From contig NMRA01000103.1 in the NCBI GenBank assembly GCA_002633005.1, positions 589,612-653,611 of the forward strand: 64,000 nucleotides of DNA, in the 5' to 3' direction. Positions 25,601-40,600 of the stretch are shown piece after piece; positions within the stretch are counted from its first letter, which is position 1; each line of letters starts with the position of its first letter. The notes beneath the pieces were generated by a model. It did no database searches. It was given only the letters and a program-made list of their open reading frames with translations, and had not been told where the DNA came from. The position numbers and the translations under genes are program-made. The stretch is from Phoronis australis. Lineage: Eukaryota; Animalia; Phoronida.

Positions 25601-28600
25601 TCAAAACGCAATCTGCAGACAAGTACATTTTCCTGTTAAACAATTCTCTTTTCAAAACCTTGCAGCATTTGAAAGGAAATGCACTTCGAGAATACTTTGA
25701 ATTAAATAAATTTAATAAGCAGAATTAAAAGTAGAGTTGCATCAAAGATTATGGCGTCTATTTCCCTAATTCCACAAAAAGTATATGTCAGTGTTTAATT
25801 TAACAATAATCCACCACACAGTCAACTTCAACATGGTACAAAACTCTCAGTCATAGCCCATTCATGTCCCACCAGAGGTCAGCACTTGTTACCTCTTCCT
25901 TTTGTCTTCTTTCTTCTTCCTGCCGTTGGCGTTCTTCAGCTTCCTGATACAACAACACAATACACATTACATCACCAGCCAGGGAATGTTGTACACTACT
26001 ATCCCTGAAACTCAGAATGGCCACAGCTGACAGGACTTAGGTTCCCAACTCACCAAGTCACAGTCCAGAGACCCCAATGAAGTTCACATCGAGTGTGTTA
26101 GTCAACAAGATAAAGTATTGCAAAGGTTAAGCCAAAAATGCAGTCTTGGTTACGGTCGATATTTCAAAAACTGCATCTTACTGCTTAAAGAAGGCAAAGG
26201 CGACACCTCATATCATTTTTAGCCAAGTTCTCGAACTTTATTCAAACGCACACAAGGGAAATTTTTAACTTCATAACGTAAAATTGCTGTGAGGACTTGA
26301 CAGGGACCTCAGGGGTCTCGCACTCCACTGATTTATCCACATTATTTTGAAAACGCTTTGCCCAGTCACACATTGTGTGTCATAAATGAAACAAGCATAC
26401 CAGCAGCTGACGCAGCAAGTAGAACTACTCTCGTTTATCACATTGGTGTAGACTCGCAGTTGAACTGTGGTTTTCTGTAGACCCCAGACCGTCCTGAGTT
26501 GCACCATATACCAACTCCGGACGGTCTCTCACGACGATTAAGTGTTATGTGAATTATGCAGAATGTCAAGTCAGTCACAAACAGCTAGAGTCCATATTGG
26601 TCTTGGTTGGCTAAAGATAGGTTACAACCACTGTCTTACATGTGTCAGTGTCACCACTCCTCACAAATAAACAAATTACCAAATTTTTTTTGCGTTTCAG
26701 CGTTACGGAGAATACTCAACTACTTAATAAAATTTTACTAAACAAATAGTAATGACATCACTAGTGCCCTGTTTCAAATCAGTGTGAAGTGATAAAGGTA
26801 GTTCCCAACTAACGATCTGTTCTTTAATGTCTTCACCTATTGCCTCTCTTAACCATTATTAGCTGAACTAAAAATCAGCTACAAACTCAAATACAGCCAA
26901 TCCACCAATGACAAACGCAAACCGTTTCATTACTCCTGCAGACTCAATGAGAAACCTATCAAAAAAATGGAAGGTCACTCGTAGGCAATTATGACAATTT
27001 TCAATGCAACATATTACAAAATGCGAGTTTTTGACCCAGCTTCTCAGCAAGACACAACTGGTTGGTAAACGAACAAATCATTTTGGTCTCCTCAAAACTA
27101 ATTAACCTTGGGGTCTTTCCCGTCAGCTACCTGAAAGCCACTATACTATCCCTTGATGTCAGCCATTGACATGTCTCCCTTGTATCCTCTGTCAGCTAGC
27201 AAGCCAATGGCATGCGACTATTTCTCATCTCCACAAGCTATCACCCAATGAGAAACCTTGATCGACTTCTCTCCTAGCTATCCCCAGCCAATGAGCAACC
27301 TAACTGTATATATATCTCAAGAACAAGCTAGATTGTCATCTCTATCAGTTATTAGCTGCATTTCACCCATTTTGACTCTTCGGTCAAGACCTCAAAATAT
27401 GTTAATGTGACAACGAAAAAGGGTGAAATGCAGGTTTAAGCTGCCAATCAGCAACCTACCTCCTGTTCTCTGCGAGCCTCTTCCTCAGCTTGTCGTTCTC
27501 TCTCCGCTGCCTCTTCGGCTTCCTGTCAGCAAAGCATGTTACACCATGCATTTACACAACAAGCCATTAATCGTAAACGTATCAATTGAACTTTTTAGGG
27601 ATAGCATGAGACGCAGTGCGCAAACGATTATGGGATATTTGGATATCTAAAGCAGCTGCACCAGTAGACATGTAGCCACAGAACAAAATTATTTTTCCCC
27701 CCATGATGCCCAATCCTGTTAACAGTAAAAATGACTGGGCCGCAAAATCCTTCCCCTTGGCCCTCGGTCATGTGGGGAAGACTACTCTGACAATAAATCT
27801 GGCATCGGCCCATGACGGGGAGTTCCAGGTCATTTTGGCTGAATACTTTTGGCGTGTACAGCATAAGATCTGCAGATCAGGTAAATGGCATTTCAAAAAG
27901 CCATAGGTTCAGTTTATCATAGATGCATGTAAACTAGTATTAAATGGTAGACAACCTTGATTCCAAATAGAGTAACATATATCTCACAAATCGATGCTCA
28001 CGCCTCAGTTACTGCTATCCGTAAAATTAGTCAATTGAGAATGACTCACAGTGTAGCAACATACATGTATGAGATATTTTCAGTGGCAGGGTTGGAAACA
28101 ACAGACAGAAAGAACTGTGGAAGGTTAGGAGCACAAAAGGGTAAAATCCAGCAGCAATATGTATGCATGCCTCTTAATGCACAACAAAGTTAAATGCTAT
28201 ATTTAAGAGCTCATCCTCACACTTTCCAAAGCAGCATTAGCATCTAGCATTCAATAGTTTGGGCGCAGTAGGAAGAACTTGGAACAGACTTACCATTAAC
28301 CTACCACGGAAGACTTTGCCTCGCTACGCACACGCAACATCACCCACAATACCACACGCCGGCAACACCACACGAAACACCACACGCAACACCACAAACA
28401 CCACACACAACACCACGGTAATCCTTCCCTCATTAAGCACACAATATGGCCGACAAGTAAAGTTAGGGTTTTGTCAAAGTTCTCCACAAAACCGAAAATT
28501 GAAAAATTTTTACTATTATTACTATCATGGTTTGTGCTGTGAAGATGTCAAATGATGATATTTGGTGGTGTTTCTGTTATTTGCAACAACATTGAAAAGT

Positions 28601-31600
28601 GGAAAATTACAATCTTGGCATTTTTGTGCAAAATAAGAGAACAATTATCATACCAATTACTCCCACCTTATTTCCAGATTTTTGGAGTAACGACCCGCTA
28701 AACAAAGTTAACCATTAGAGTCATTTTCCAACAAGCAATAAGTCGTGTCTGTAGATGGACATACAATCAGCAAGTTTGCAAAGACCGAAAAAAAACAAAA
28801 CAAAGACTGACTCTATGAATCATGTTGTTAGTAGTAGTTCAGAGTAATAGTTCAACAGACTGCAAAGGTTCAATTCCATTTTCTCCTATTTGCATTCTCA
28901 CAAACACGATTCTACTTTCCAAACATTCAATGACATCCTTTCAACCAATCACAGACACCAAATTGGTGATGAATACATCACCGGCACTGACTGTCCTGTT
29001 TTGAAGCTTTGTCCCACCTCCCACCATAGTATCAGAATGTCCCGCTTTATGACACGAAGCGAAATTTATGTTTTTGTTCCTTTCTACCCCTTATTTCCCA
29101 TTCCAATTTACAGGCACCACTAAAAAATAAATTAAAAAAAAAACTGCTGGGGTGTTTCTTAATTGCAATGTGACTTGCTTCTTGTGGTATGGCCTAGATC
29201 CAGACACAGCACATTTTCAAATCCTGGCTACGTCATTTTTCCTCCCGATTTAAATAAATATTTCGAACCAGTATGGCCATCAGGGGAGATCATGGCGATA
29301 TATTGAAAACAATTGCGATTCAAAAAAGCATAAGAATGCCATGATGCTACTCAGGAAGAGCAAGTACATCTTTGAAGAAAGTTGATGTTTTTAACAGTGG
29401 GACATGGTGGCTTCAACGCATCAATCTTAAACTTATTGCTATGCGCCTGGTAAATATGATACCTTGGAGAAAAAAATACTGATTAACCAAACATCCTACC
29501 TCCATGCTGAGTGTTATCCAAATGCGCAATATATGAAGCACCTTAGTACATTGCAATGTGTGAAAAGCAGACGATCTGATTACTGTCTGCAACTTCACTA
29601 AATATCCAGGTCAACGTCTGTTTCAAAGTTATGGCTTTGCAACAGAGCACAGGTTTGACAACCATCAATTACAAATTTTTTTACATGATGACTGATGCGA
29701 GTGTTCAAAGAGGGCTACCAAAATCGCATTATGCGGAAACACAAAGCCACAGGCAAACGAAATCCCAAAAATTATACTCATGTCCTCAAACTACCACATG
29801 CACGCAGACAAGAAAAATCCAAAAGTTGGAATGAATTTGAAATGATTTTTTTCAGACTCTATTTTTTGCACTTGATCAGAAGCTTGATAAACAAGCCAAA
29901 TGACGGACGTGCGCTTTAGCATTCAGACAATTCTGCTATTAATACCTTCCTAATCCTCGGAATACACATGAAGTTGATGAATCTGGTGCAGAAAAAATGG
30001 TACTTACCTCGATATAGGGTACATTTGCACGGTTCACTAATTTGTTTCACCTGGTAATCATAGGCTACAGTGAGGGGCAGACGGATCTTGTCCATTTGGC
30101 AACTCTAACACTAACAGGATTTGCATGGAAGTGGAGAAAGCATGCGCTGTTTACCCCAGAGTATCCAGTGAATTCCTTGGCATATCCAAAGCTTGATAGT
30201 GCCCTCACAGATTGAAATGAGCTTAATACTATGGGCTTGGCTAAATGTGTATTGAATGAGAGTATTGTTGTCCTAACCATTGCATCTGTTTAGTGTACTA
30301 GTTATAAAGTCAAAAATGAACAATAAGTAAAGGCAAACGACCAACACGAATGTTTTTAAAATTAAAAAGTAAGTATTGTCCGTCTTTCAATTCTTAAAAT
30401 CGAAGCATTATAAGAGAAAATAGAGAATAGGTTTTCTTCAGCATGGCAGCTAAGCCACCTTTCAATTCTTAAAACTGAAGCATCATAAAGGAAATTAGCA
30501 AATAGGTTTTCTTCGGCATCGCAGATAAACCACGCAAATTAATTTGTGAATCGATTAGGATGCTTACGCAGTCGCAGTCTGGCTTTAGCTCGCTTATTTG
30601 TTGGGGGTAACAAAATCTCAAATGATAGCGTATGTCAGTTGCCCCATGCTACATTTTCTAAAGTGTACATTGGGGAGAAGGGATTAACGGCAGGATACAC
30701 TTTGACAGTTTTCTAAAAATGTTTGTAAAAATTTTCTTTCTCAGGGGATGGAAGCAGTCTGACAAAAGCAGCACGTTTTTTGTGCATGATTTTGACAATG
30801 TTCACAACTATGGACAAAATCCCTAAATCCGCATTCCTGTAACATTTGTGATTTCAAATTCTGCTACACAAATGTCCTACTTAAGGGGCAAATTACAAAT
30901 TTGCGAGTTTGTCAATTTTGAAGAACACATTTCCGTGAATCCAGTTACTAATTTGCTATTCATTGGTCGTCAATGTTAGCTGCACTTTTTACAGAATTGC
31001 TCCACAATACAGTGAATAAGCTTGATCGCACAATAGCTCAAATAGACCTTTCATCACAGTCATTAATACAGCTAGCGCACTATGGTGCAGAATCACGACC
31101 CTCGCGAAGTGACGGAAATTAAACAAAAGCTGTAATAATCTGGTTAATGGGAGCCAGCTCAGGTGACTTAACAAAGCTGTGAATCTGTCCTGGTTAATAC
31201 CGTGGCATAACACTCGCTCAAAACGATAACATTCAAACCAAGGTTACAGATCTATCATAAAGTGAGACCACTTCTTGTGATAGTCCACAATACACATTCT
31301 CTCACACTCCAGACTCCAGCAAATGGCAGTCATTTTATTCTCATACCTTAACTTACCTGCAATAACCCCAAGCCCACAATTTCTGGGCCAGCAGTGAACT
31401 GTCTCTTGTGGAAAATGCAATTGACCTCAATTGTTAGGTTGACAGGTGATGATTGATTTAAACAAACTAGGTCTAATTCAAATCAAGGGAAATCATTGAT
31501 AAAAACTTCAAAAGGGTTCAACAATTCTCCTATGCTCATTTTTAAATTAGAGATTATTAAAATTAGTGTTTATTAATTTTCAATGTGAAATAATTAAAAA

Positions 31601-34600
31601 ATATCCCAGTGTTCTTGCCCACAGGAAAAAATAGCCCTAGCAGTCTAATCAACTCAGAACTTTGGCAAGGTGAACGCTTACATAACCTAATTCCTGATAA
31701 CTGACAAGTTGTAATCAGCTGTGATAACATCCCAACTGACATTGGACCAAAATCTAGCAACGAAGATATTTGGTTATTGAAAAGTAGAGTTGATTGGGTG
31801 ATTTTGTACCTAGTTTTCAAGTTTTTTTACATGACGTGTCAACCTAAGTATGATGTCGTCTGCTCAAACTGTCACCAATTCAAGGTTACAAATAGAAAAA
31901 AATGCCATGCAAAATAAACACATTCACTGAGACAGATTTTTTACAACTTACCACTTAAATAAAGATTTTAAGTTGAGATATATAGTTCCAGTCAAAATTC
32001 CGTCATCGCTCCAGCCAAATGCCAATCAAACAATAACTAAACTAATTGCGAATACATGATTTTTGGTGTTTGTAAAGATCTAAAGTAAATAAACTTAATA
32101 TTGGTTTTATTCCTGAGTGGTTTCTGTTTACTTTTGCTATCAAACAAATTAATAACGAAACTGAAATCATTGTACAACAAAAAAGAATAACAATAATATT
32201 TTGACAACTAATCAACTAAAGAACAGACAAGAACTTAAAATGCTTTCTTTCCAGGCCATTCTTAACTCTTTCACTGTTAATCACACGGATCATTGAGTTG
32301 GGTAGTAAGTCCTAAATTTCATGGGAGATAACTACAGTTTAACGACAACGTTCATCAGATGATAGGATGTCTGTTTTATCATCAAATCCTAAACAAGTCA
32401 GGTTTTCTTACTTCTTTTTCCGTTGTTTGAAAAAAAATCTGTTGATCAGTACCTTGATGCAATGGCCTCTAGACTGCCCACCTTCAACAGACTCAAATTT
32501 AAAACAATTCTGAATTGGGATTCAGGTTTGAAATGTCAGATAAGGTATGTTACCGGGGCGGATTATGTGTTTCAGACAAATTGACTTGTTGATACCAGTG
32601 TTTTCACCTGAAATCTTGCATTCTCTTCCTGGCAAATATCTCCCTAAGTTAATGTCTGATGTTATAATTTCAAAACATAAAACAACGCGTGTGAATTTTA
32701 TCCTGAAGGTTTCATAGCAATCCACCGTCAAACAATTTACAGTGTTTTTAGTCATTTCTGCTTTAGGATTATTTTCTAAGTATCTTTAAATTCAATTGCC
32801 ACTGGGAAACATTATTTTAAAAAACTTTGGCAGTGAAAGAGTTAGAATATTTTTCCCCTCGCTCCTCCGAAGAATCAGAAATGGATAATGCGCACTCATT
32901 CTGATTGGAAAAGTTCTTCCACTTCTTGTTACAATTGAAAAACACATTTTCGTCAGATTACAAATAAAATGTTTTCGAGTGGTGTATACAATTCATGGTC
33001 AGTTGCGCGAGGGGAAACAAATTATAAACTTGGATTTGCGCCTTTAGATTGCATACAATGTTCTACAGCATGAAGTACCTCACTACCTATGGAGCCTACT
33101 AGAACCATACAAATAGCTCAAATTTACAGTGCAAACATAACTTTATGTATCTAAATTAACCAAAGAAAAAGGACACTAGTGCGAGGACTACGTGAGAAAG
33201 AGAAACATAAGATACAAGTGAAAGTGAGGAAAGTAGACGAAGCAATAGACTAAATTCAGGATCAGACAAATCTGTCGCACAGTTAACAGGAAACTTGTGC
33301 GAAATAATGGCACAGTTACACAAAACTAGCGTCTTAAGTGCACTAAATAGGAACTGCAGCAACAAACTTTTAGTGATAAACGCTTAAGCATACCATTAGC
33401 TATTCGTTTAAAAAAAGATTCATTCACTAAAACTAATGTTCCCCAGCACTTTTTGAAGAACAAAAACTCGTTCTAGGAATAAAAATAAATCTTAAACCAG
33501 CCTGGAAATACAGATCGCAAACTTTTTAAATCTGGTTGGCACGCCACCTGTTGGCCAGATCATGTGACTTAATTAACTCTGCCCCGTTGGGGCAGAAATT
33601 TTTTGCCAACAGGTGGTGTGTTGATCAGACTAAAAGATTTGCAAAAACTAGTTCGTTGTCGCTTTGTCTACAGGGGGCACTCGACGCTAGTCTTGTGACT
33701 ATGCTTGCAATCCATTTGCGAGAGTCTACTAGAAGTTTAATTCAACAAATCCTAAAAATAAGTAATTTACAACAAATTCAAAGCAAAAACATTATCATTA
33801 ACTTGGCAGCACATAGAAAAAAATCTCTGCAGAGATTTCACTCGAGTGAGGTGAAACGCAACTTATCAAAAGGGCTTAGCGCTTAAGAAGATAAATAGTA
33901 CAGTGAATTCAGTGAAAATCACTCACAAGGGTCTTACAGTATCTAATTTCTTTACGGAGTATGCATGGATAAAACTCCAGATAGAAAAATGTTCCCAACA
34001 AAGCTCACCCTTTCCTCAGCTTCTCTCATTTTGCGCTTGCGTTCTTTTTCCGCAGCTTCCCGTTCCTCTATCTCACGAGCTTCTCTTTCCTCCTCTTCTT
34101 GCATACGACGGCGACGCTCCTGAAATAGCACGCAAGATGACAACAGTCACCAGACGTCACTGTAGGGCGTATCGTCAGTCACACCAGAGCGAAGATGCCA
34201 CGAGCGGAATATGGATCTCATTAAGAACATAAAACCATAATTTGGCCAATAAATCATATTTTGTGAAATGCACATCTACAAAAATAGCACTTAGATTGTC
34301 ACTCATAAGCACCTATTGAGTTAATCTAGAATGAACTGGATTATAACCAAACTGGATCGTACATTTTCACTGCTGTAAGGCTATTGCAGCATTGTCATAT
34401 TGAATTGATTTCAGTTGCTTTACTTAAAAGGAAAGGAATTGGCATACAATTATTTCCACTGAATTATCATTGGGTTTCGAAACACAAAAGATATGGTTCT
34501 GGAGGGACAGGTATACTATAGCAGCAAAATCTGGAAGTGCATTATTCTTGGCGCGTTTACCTCGGCCTCTTTTCTTTGCCTTTCTGCTTCTTCAGCCGCT

Positions 34601-37600
34601 GCCTGTTCAGCAGCAGCATCATCCACAGCAGGTGCAGGAGCCTACAATTAATTTTCATAGATTACACAGTGGCATTTGACAATATTGTGCAAAAACAACG
34701 TGACGTGCTGAATGCAATCTTAGCGGTGCCCATGCTGCATTCCATATCTTAACTGGTTGAAGCCACAAAACATGCAGTTTGCAAAGTTTTTAAAGAGCAA
34801 GTCATTATGTCATACCATAGAAAGAAGTATTAAAAAATAAATTACAAAAGATTATTATGCAGTAGGCCTACATTCCCATCCGTTGTCTTTACCACTATAT
34901 CTTAAATCTTAAATTAATAAAATTAAAATGATTAACTCCTAAAAAGATTCCATTGCATTACTCATTAATTTTTGAAAAAAAAAAGTTAATTTGACACAGA
35001 CTTACATTTGATGAACAGAAAAGAAATTTAAAAGGTAAAAGGGGAACAGGTGACAGAGTACTTAAGACAGCTACAAAGAATGTAATATAGCTCACTAAAT
35101 CAAAAAGGTGAAATATTCGGTTACGTATCAGATACAGCGGGTGGTCAAAGAATTCTGGGATATGTTGTAAATTAAAATGGCATTTCCTCCGTATGTAATG
35201 CCAAAAAAATAAAAATCATAAATAGGCCATTATACTCGACTAACAAACTAGTCTAAAAATTCCTTTCTGTGATAGACATTAGTTTCTACCATGAAAAGGA
35301 AATGAGAATTGACTAGCATTTGATACGTAGCAGGAAGGGATGGACAACCCATTTGACTAATGGTGGTTCCTTTGTACTCTTTTTATGTGCCAATGTAATG
35401 AATCATCTGGGTCGGAAATCATTTCCTATCCAGATGAGGGAAAGTTTAAAACATATTTTGATTTGTGGTGTAATTTGGAGAGTAATTTCCAGCAGTGAGT
35501 ATGTGGCGGAAATGTCCCTTTAAGAGGAAAGGCAATGTGACACGAGTCAACTAAAGATGACGAACAAAGCCATAACTAAGAATGTGCTGCCCAACTTAAG
35601 TAGGGCAACATAGAGCATTGATATGCATCCATCATGTGCATCGCATTAGTACAGCGCAGATACAAGGGATGATTATGATTTTCGACAATCCCACTGAATG
35701 GAGCACTGCTAGTATTAGAATAATATTGTCTGAAGGGTGTAAAACAAAGTCAGAAATAGGAACACACCTGCCACATTTCATCGTGATTCTTCAAGCACTT
35801 TGGAGGTTTGGGAGGCAGATGACAAAGGACGAAACATACAAAGTTTGCTAATGAGCACAATGTATGTCAAACCCATCTGAAGCAGGGCAGGTGTTGTCTA
35901 CATGATAGTAACTTTTTGCATAATTTCATGAAGAATACAATGAACGTGGTAGATATCAATGCAAACGCAAAAAAAACAAGATTACCACTTGGTGACTCCG
36001 CAGTAATCGGGTATGTCCATGAAGATCCATCAAGGAATTGTATTGAACCGCAGGTAAACAATAAAATTATCAAAAGAAGGCGCCACAGCAGTCGAACCCG
36101 TTCGAAAATCATTGTCATTTATGCACTTCCCAGAAGCAAAAAATGGCAGTTCTCATCATGAACCTAGTGTGGTTTGATTGGTAGAGAGCAGACTTCAAAA
36201 CCCAGAATCAAAATTATAATAAAATTGACGGCTTGGTGCCAAATGGTTTAGAAGACACTGCTGCAGACACACAAAGACTATAGCACCACTAGTGGTGCTA
36301 CATTAATAGGAGCCATCCAAAAATCATCTTGCTCTTCATAACATATGTTAATTTTCATGATGATCCGTAGAGTGGTCATTGTCTACTGGAAACATATTTG
36401 CCAAATTTCATGAAAATCTGAGAAAGAGCACCAAAGACAGAGGCAAAGAAAAAATAAAATTACCACAAGAGGGGACATCAGTAATCAGATTTGTCTGTAA
36501 ATTTGCTCATGTCTTCCCATCTACAATAAGAATGCGTCTGCAAAATTTCATGAACAAGCAAAAAGGGGTTAGGAGATACTGCAGCAGACATCAGACGAAC
36601 GCGGGCGGGACTGAGACGCCAGACAGATGAACGGGGATGACGGCATAATGCACCCACACATATATATGTGGGTGTATAAAAATTATAGGCAAGCTTGAAT
36701 CTATATCTATGAAAAGAGCAGGAAATAAATCAAACTTATCACTTAAAACCGGAAGAGGGTGTCAAAATCGTTTCACGTTTCAAAAATGCTCGTTTATGAC
36801 AAATCAAGCAATGTAACAAGTGAATGCCAATCAAAACTTGTGAAATGGTATTCTTAAGACAATTTTGGTGCGTCTTTTGTATATATAGACTCCGAGTACC
36901 AATTCATTACACCAATATGTCTCTAGACTACTTTTGTAAACACTACTGTCAATTCTACTTTTTGAGGCAGCCAGAGCAGTCATCTCTTGCAATCTCGTCA
37001 CCAGTGAGCCCTCAACACAGTATTATTGTGTAAATGTAAACTAGTAACACTGAGGAATCCAAATTGGTAAGGTAATTTCTCTCTCATCGAGAATCTTGTG
37101 AAAATGTGAGATCATGCAACACTTCACGAGATATCATGTCTATGGAGCTCAGGCCAGCTCACTTGACCGGGTAAATGCAGTGATTGGTGAATTCTAGTGG
37201 AGACAACCGACTCTGAGTTAGCCAAGAATAAATCTATTAAAAGATGTAAGTAACTAATAGCAATTAGAGATCAACATAGGTCAATATCAGGCAACATTGA
37301 CGTCAGATACCTCTTGTGTAGTTGATTCATCCTCATCGTAATTTCTACGTCGTCTTCTACGTGCGGCAGAAGAGTCCTGTAATAGCCACACACATGCACA
37401 CACCAACGTGATCATAACACCATGACAACAGACACAAACATTCATTTACATCGCAAGCCAACACCAGCGTGAATTATCTTACTTATGGTCACAGTTATCT
37501 CCACATGTAACCACATGCTGGTCTCGCCACCTGGTGATAGCCAGCCGACTCGTTGCCAAGCCAGTATCACTGTCAGTTGATCACACAATCATTGTGATTG

Positions 37601-40600
37601 CCTCAAACGCCACGACAAATTCCAATTTTTAAACATAAAACTTAAAAGTTAGAGAACACGTCAAGTAAGTACAATTGTTAAAGGGCCAAAAAAAACCCGC
37701 TCCTTCCATCAAAAATCAACTTTTGATTTACGTCACTTAGTGTTATAAAACTGACTAATGATATTCCTTACTCAGGTTAGAAATCATTTCTTGACATGAA
37801 CTCCAACTAGACAACTAGACGTATAGTCCTTAAAGTCTGCCCTCGTTAATATAATAATGCTAATTAACCATTAAGCACCTATAAATCCCTCGTCCGTCAC
37901 AAAAACCAACTTTTGGTTTAGACCACTTACCGTCATGAAATTGATCTCAAATTCCTCCTTAGTCAATTTTATATGACTTCAGGTCTTCGAAAGAACTGAC
38001 AGTTTGTTATTGATTGAGAACAGGATCTCCACGTTGGCTCATCACAGTGCATCAATTTATGCACCAAACATTGTCTTAACAAATAACGAATTGTCAGTTC
38101 TTTGCAAACCCACAAACCACCTCTCATCAAGGACCAAGTTGAGACCAATTTTATAGTGTTAGGCATTCTAAATCAAAAGATCACATCTTGTGTGAAGTGC
38201 GGGTTTATGTACACTTCAGCAATGTTTCCTTTTTTCTTCAAAACAAATTTCCAACCCATTTTGCCTAATTTGAAGAATCTCACAGAATCCCCAATTATAA
38301 AGCAGTGGATCACTTGTGCGGGTATTTGCAGAGCCACACCCAAACCATGCTTCAGATATATCACTGTCATGCCCGTTGTATCACAAAATTGTTAATGCGA
38401 GCTTTGCAAACAGGTCAGAGGAAAATACGCATTACAGTAATTCTTTACGTAATTCCCACAAAAACAATTACTAAAAATGCATTTTTTTATATTTTAAAGG
38501 CTGGTGAACTAGCTGTATAACAGAAACTTGACCAAATATTGTCTTATGACATTTTAACAGTGCAAGCCAAGCTAAAAATAGATGCAAGTTTCTTAAGCTC
38601 AATTCGTGTTGAGAAGTTTGACAAAATTTTGCCTCAGAAAAAGCATTTGTCATTACATTAGTGTACCCCTTAGTGCACCCCTAGTCATACCTCTTCCTCA
38701 GCTGCGGGAGCAGGGGCAGGGGCATCTTCCTCATCTCCTCCCCTGCGTCTTGACCGTCTGCTGGATGTTGTCTCTTCATCACCACCGCCTCCAGCAGCAG
38801 CCCTGGAATGTCAATCAACCAATCAAAAACAAGCATTACTGTTACTGCAGACATTGTGCAAAGAATGGCTTGAGGCAGACATCTTGGTTAATGCTGCGCC
38901 GCATTGATGCGCTTGAGATGCTTTTTTATTGAAGGTATTTGTCAATCTTTGTGGTTTTCAAAAATGCAATAATTCACAAATTGCGCAAATTTGTACCTTT
39001 ATTTTGCATTTATATCCACAACATTTCTTCAAATGCATTATTTATATGCCAAATATGCATGATTTGAGACAATTTGCGTTGATTTCAATTGCATAGCAAA
39101 TTTTAATTGGCCATTATCAGGCATTTTGAAGCTTTTAGCAGTTTTGAACATTCACTTCTTTTTAATGCACAACTGAGGAAATTTACATGAAAGCTTGCAA
39201 AGGGAACAGATTTTTGATTTTCCTTTGCATAACAGAGATATGGTCCACCAGAAAATGAAGACTTGGGAAATTGTTTCAAAAAAGACTTTGATGATCAATA
39301 TCTTTGCTGCTGATGGAAAATCAAAATCTGACAGTTTCCAACCAATTGCATGCAGATCATAAGATTAACAGTCTCACACACTTAAACCTTTTTAAAAATA
39401 AAATTCAAATTCAAAACAAAAAATGGCAATTTTCCCAAAATGTGGCATTCACATTATAAATTATATTTATAAATGACTGTGTGAAATTATAGGACGTGAT
39501 TAAGATTTTTACATCATCGAAGATTCGCAAAATATGTAATAAGGTTTTATGGTTTGCGAGCAGACAGATCAAGTTATTTGACGGAACAAGGAAAGACTTC
39601 ACAAAAGTTGACAAATTCCCTCAAAAAGCAAGATGGCAGCAGCATAGATGGTTGCTGATACGATTCGAAATTTCCTCCAACCAAACTTGCAACAAGCTTC
39701 CAAAATGTCAACCAGAGCACTGTCAGCACTTAATTCTTCCTAGTCTAAAGCAAAATGATAAACTAGGGGTCATCTGTACTAGATAACTACGCTTTGCTAA
39801 AACTGAATCATGACAAACAACAACTCAACTACCGCTCCACAAACTTTCAGCGTTAACTGAAAGTCATCAGATCCTGCAAATAAAGAAAAGAGAACCAACC
39901 ATCTGAAAGCAAAGAAACTGATGTCACGCCTAGATCAAAGAAAGCTAGAATTATAGAGACAGCTAAGATGAGGGTTTAGGAGCTTGTCTACGAGGCTTGA
40001 ATGGCTGTTGTATGGACACGGCATTTTCGGTTACTTCCAAGCTAAAGAATTTTGTGTATATTTTGATGTGTTGAAGATTAGTAAATTAATACAACTCAAT
40101 GAAGAAAAGCAGGAAATCTTAGCAAGCTCTTCATGTAACACGCACTGACACATAAAGCTTTCAAAATGATGAGATTTTCTCACAGCCATTCAACTAAAGA
40201 AAATCAAAGTACGGTACAAAAGACAGGCAGAGCGAGAAACAAAACAGGTGAAAAGTTACAAAAAATCAACATACAATCGTAAGCATGCAAGCAACAGAAG
40301 ATTGTCTCTTGATAAATAGCAAGTATGCATCTGTGAAACAGCAGTAAATCACAATAGTAGAAAAGCAGTGAACTAAGGATATCAAAGTATCAAATTACAA
40401 AGCAGGACAGGTTATAACAGGGAAGTTTACACAAAAAGCTATCCATGAAATAGAGAATGCATGAAGACTGGTGCATAAACTCGATATAAAGTCCTACATG
40501 TTTAAAGAGAGTCAACGTACTCCTTAACTGTGTCTTTACGATTAGGAAACTTAGCCCCACCCCCTACATCATCATGCCATTTCCTTCGAAGGCTGTGGTT

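Noticed and set aside
30008-30050. Strong donor GAG|GTAAGT
   Set aside because: No upstream acceptor gives a stop-free, frame-preserving exon.
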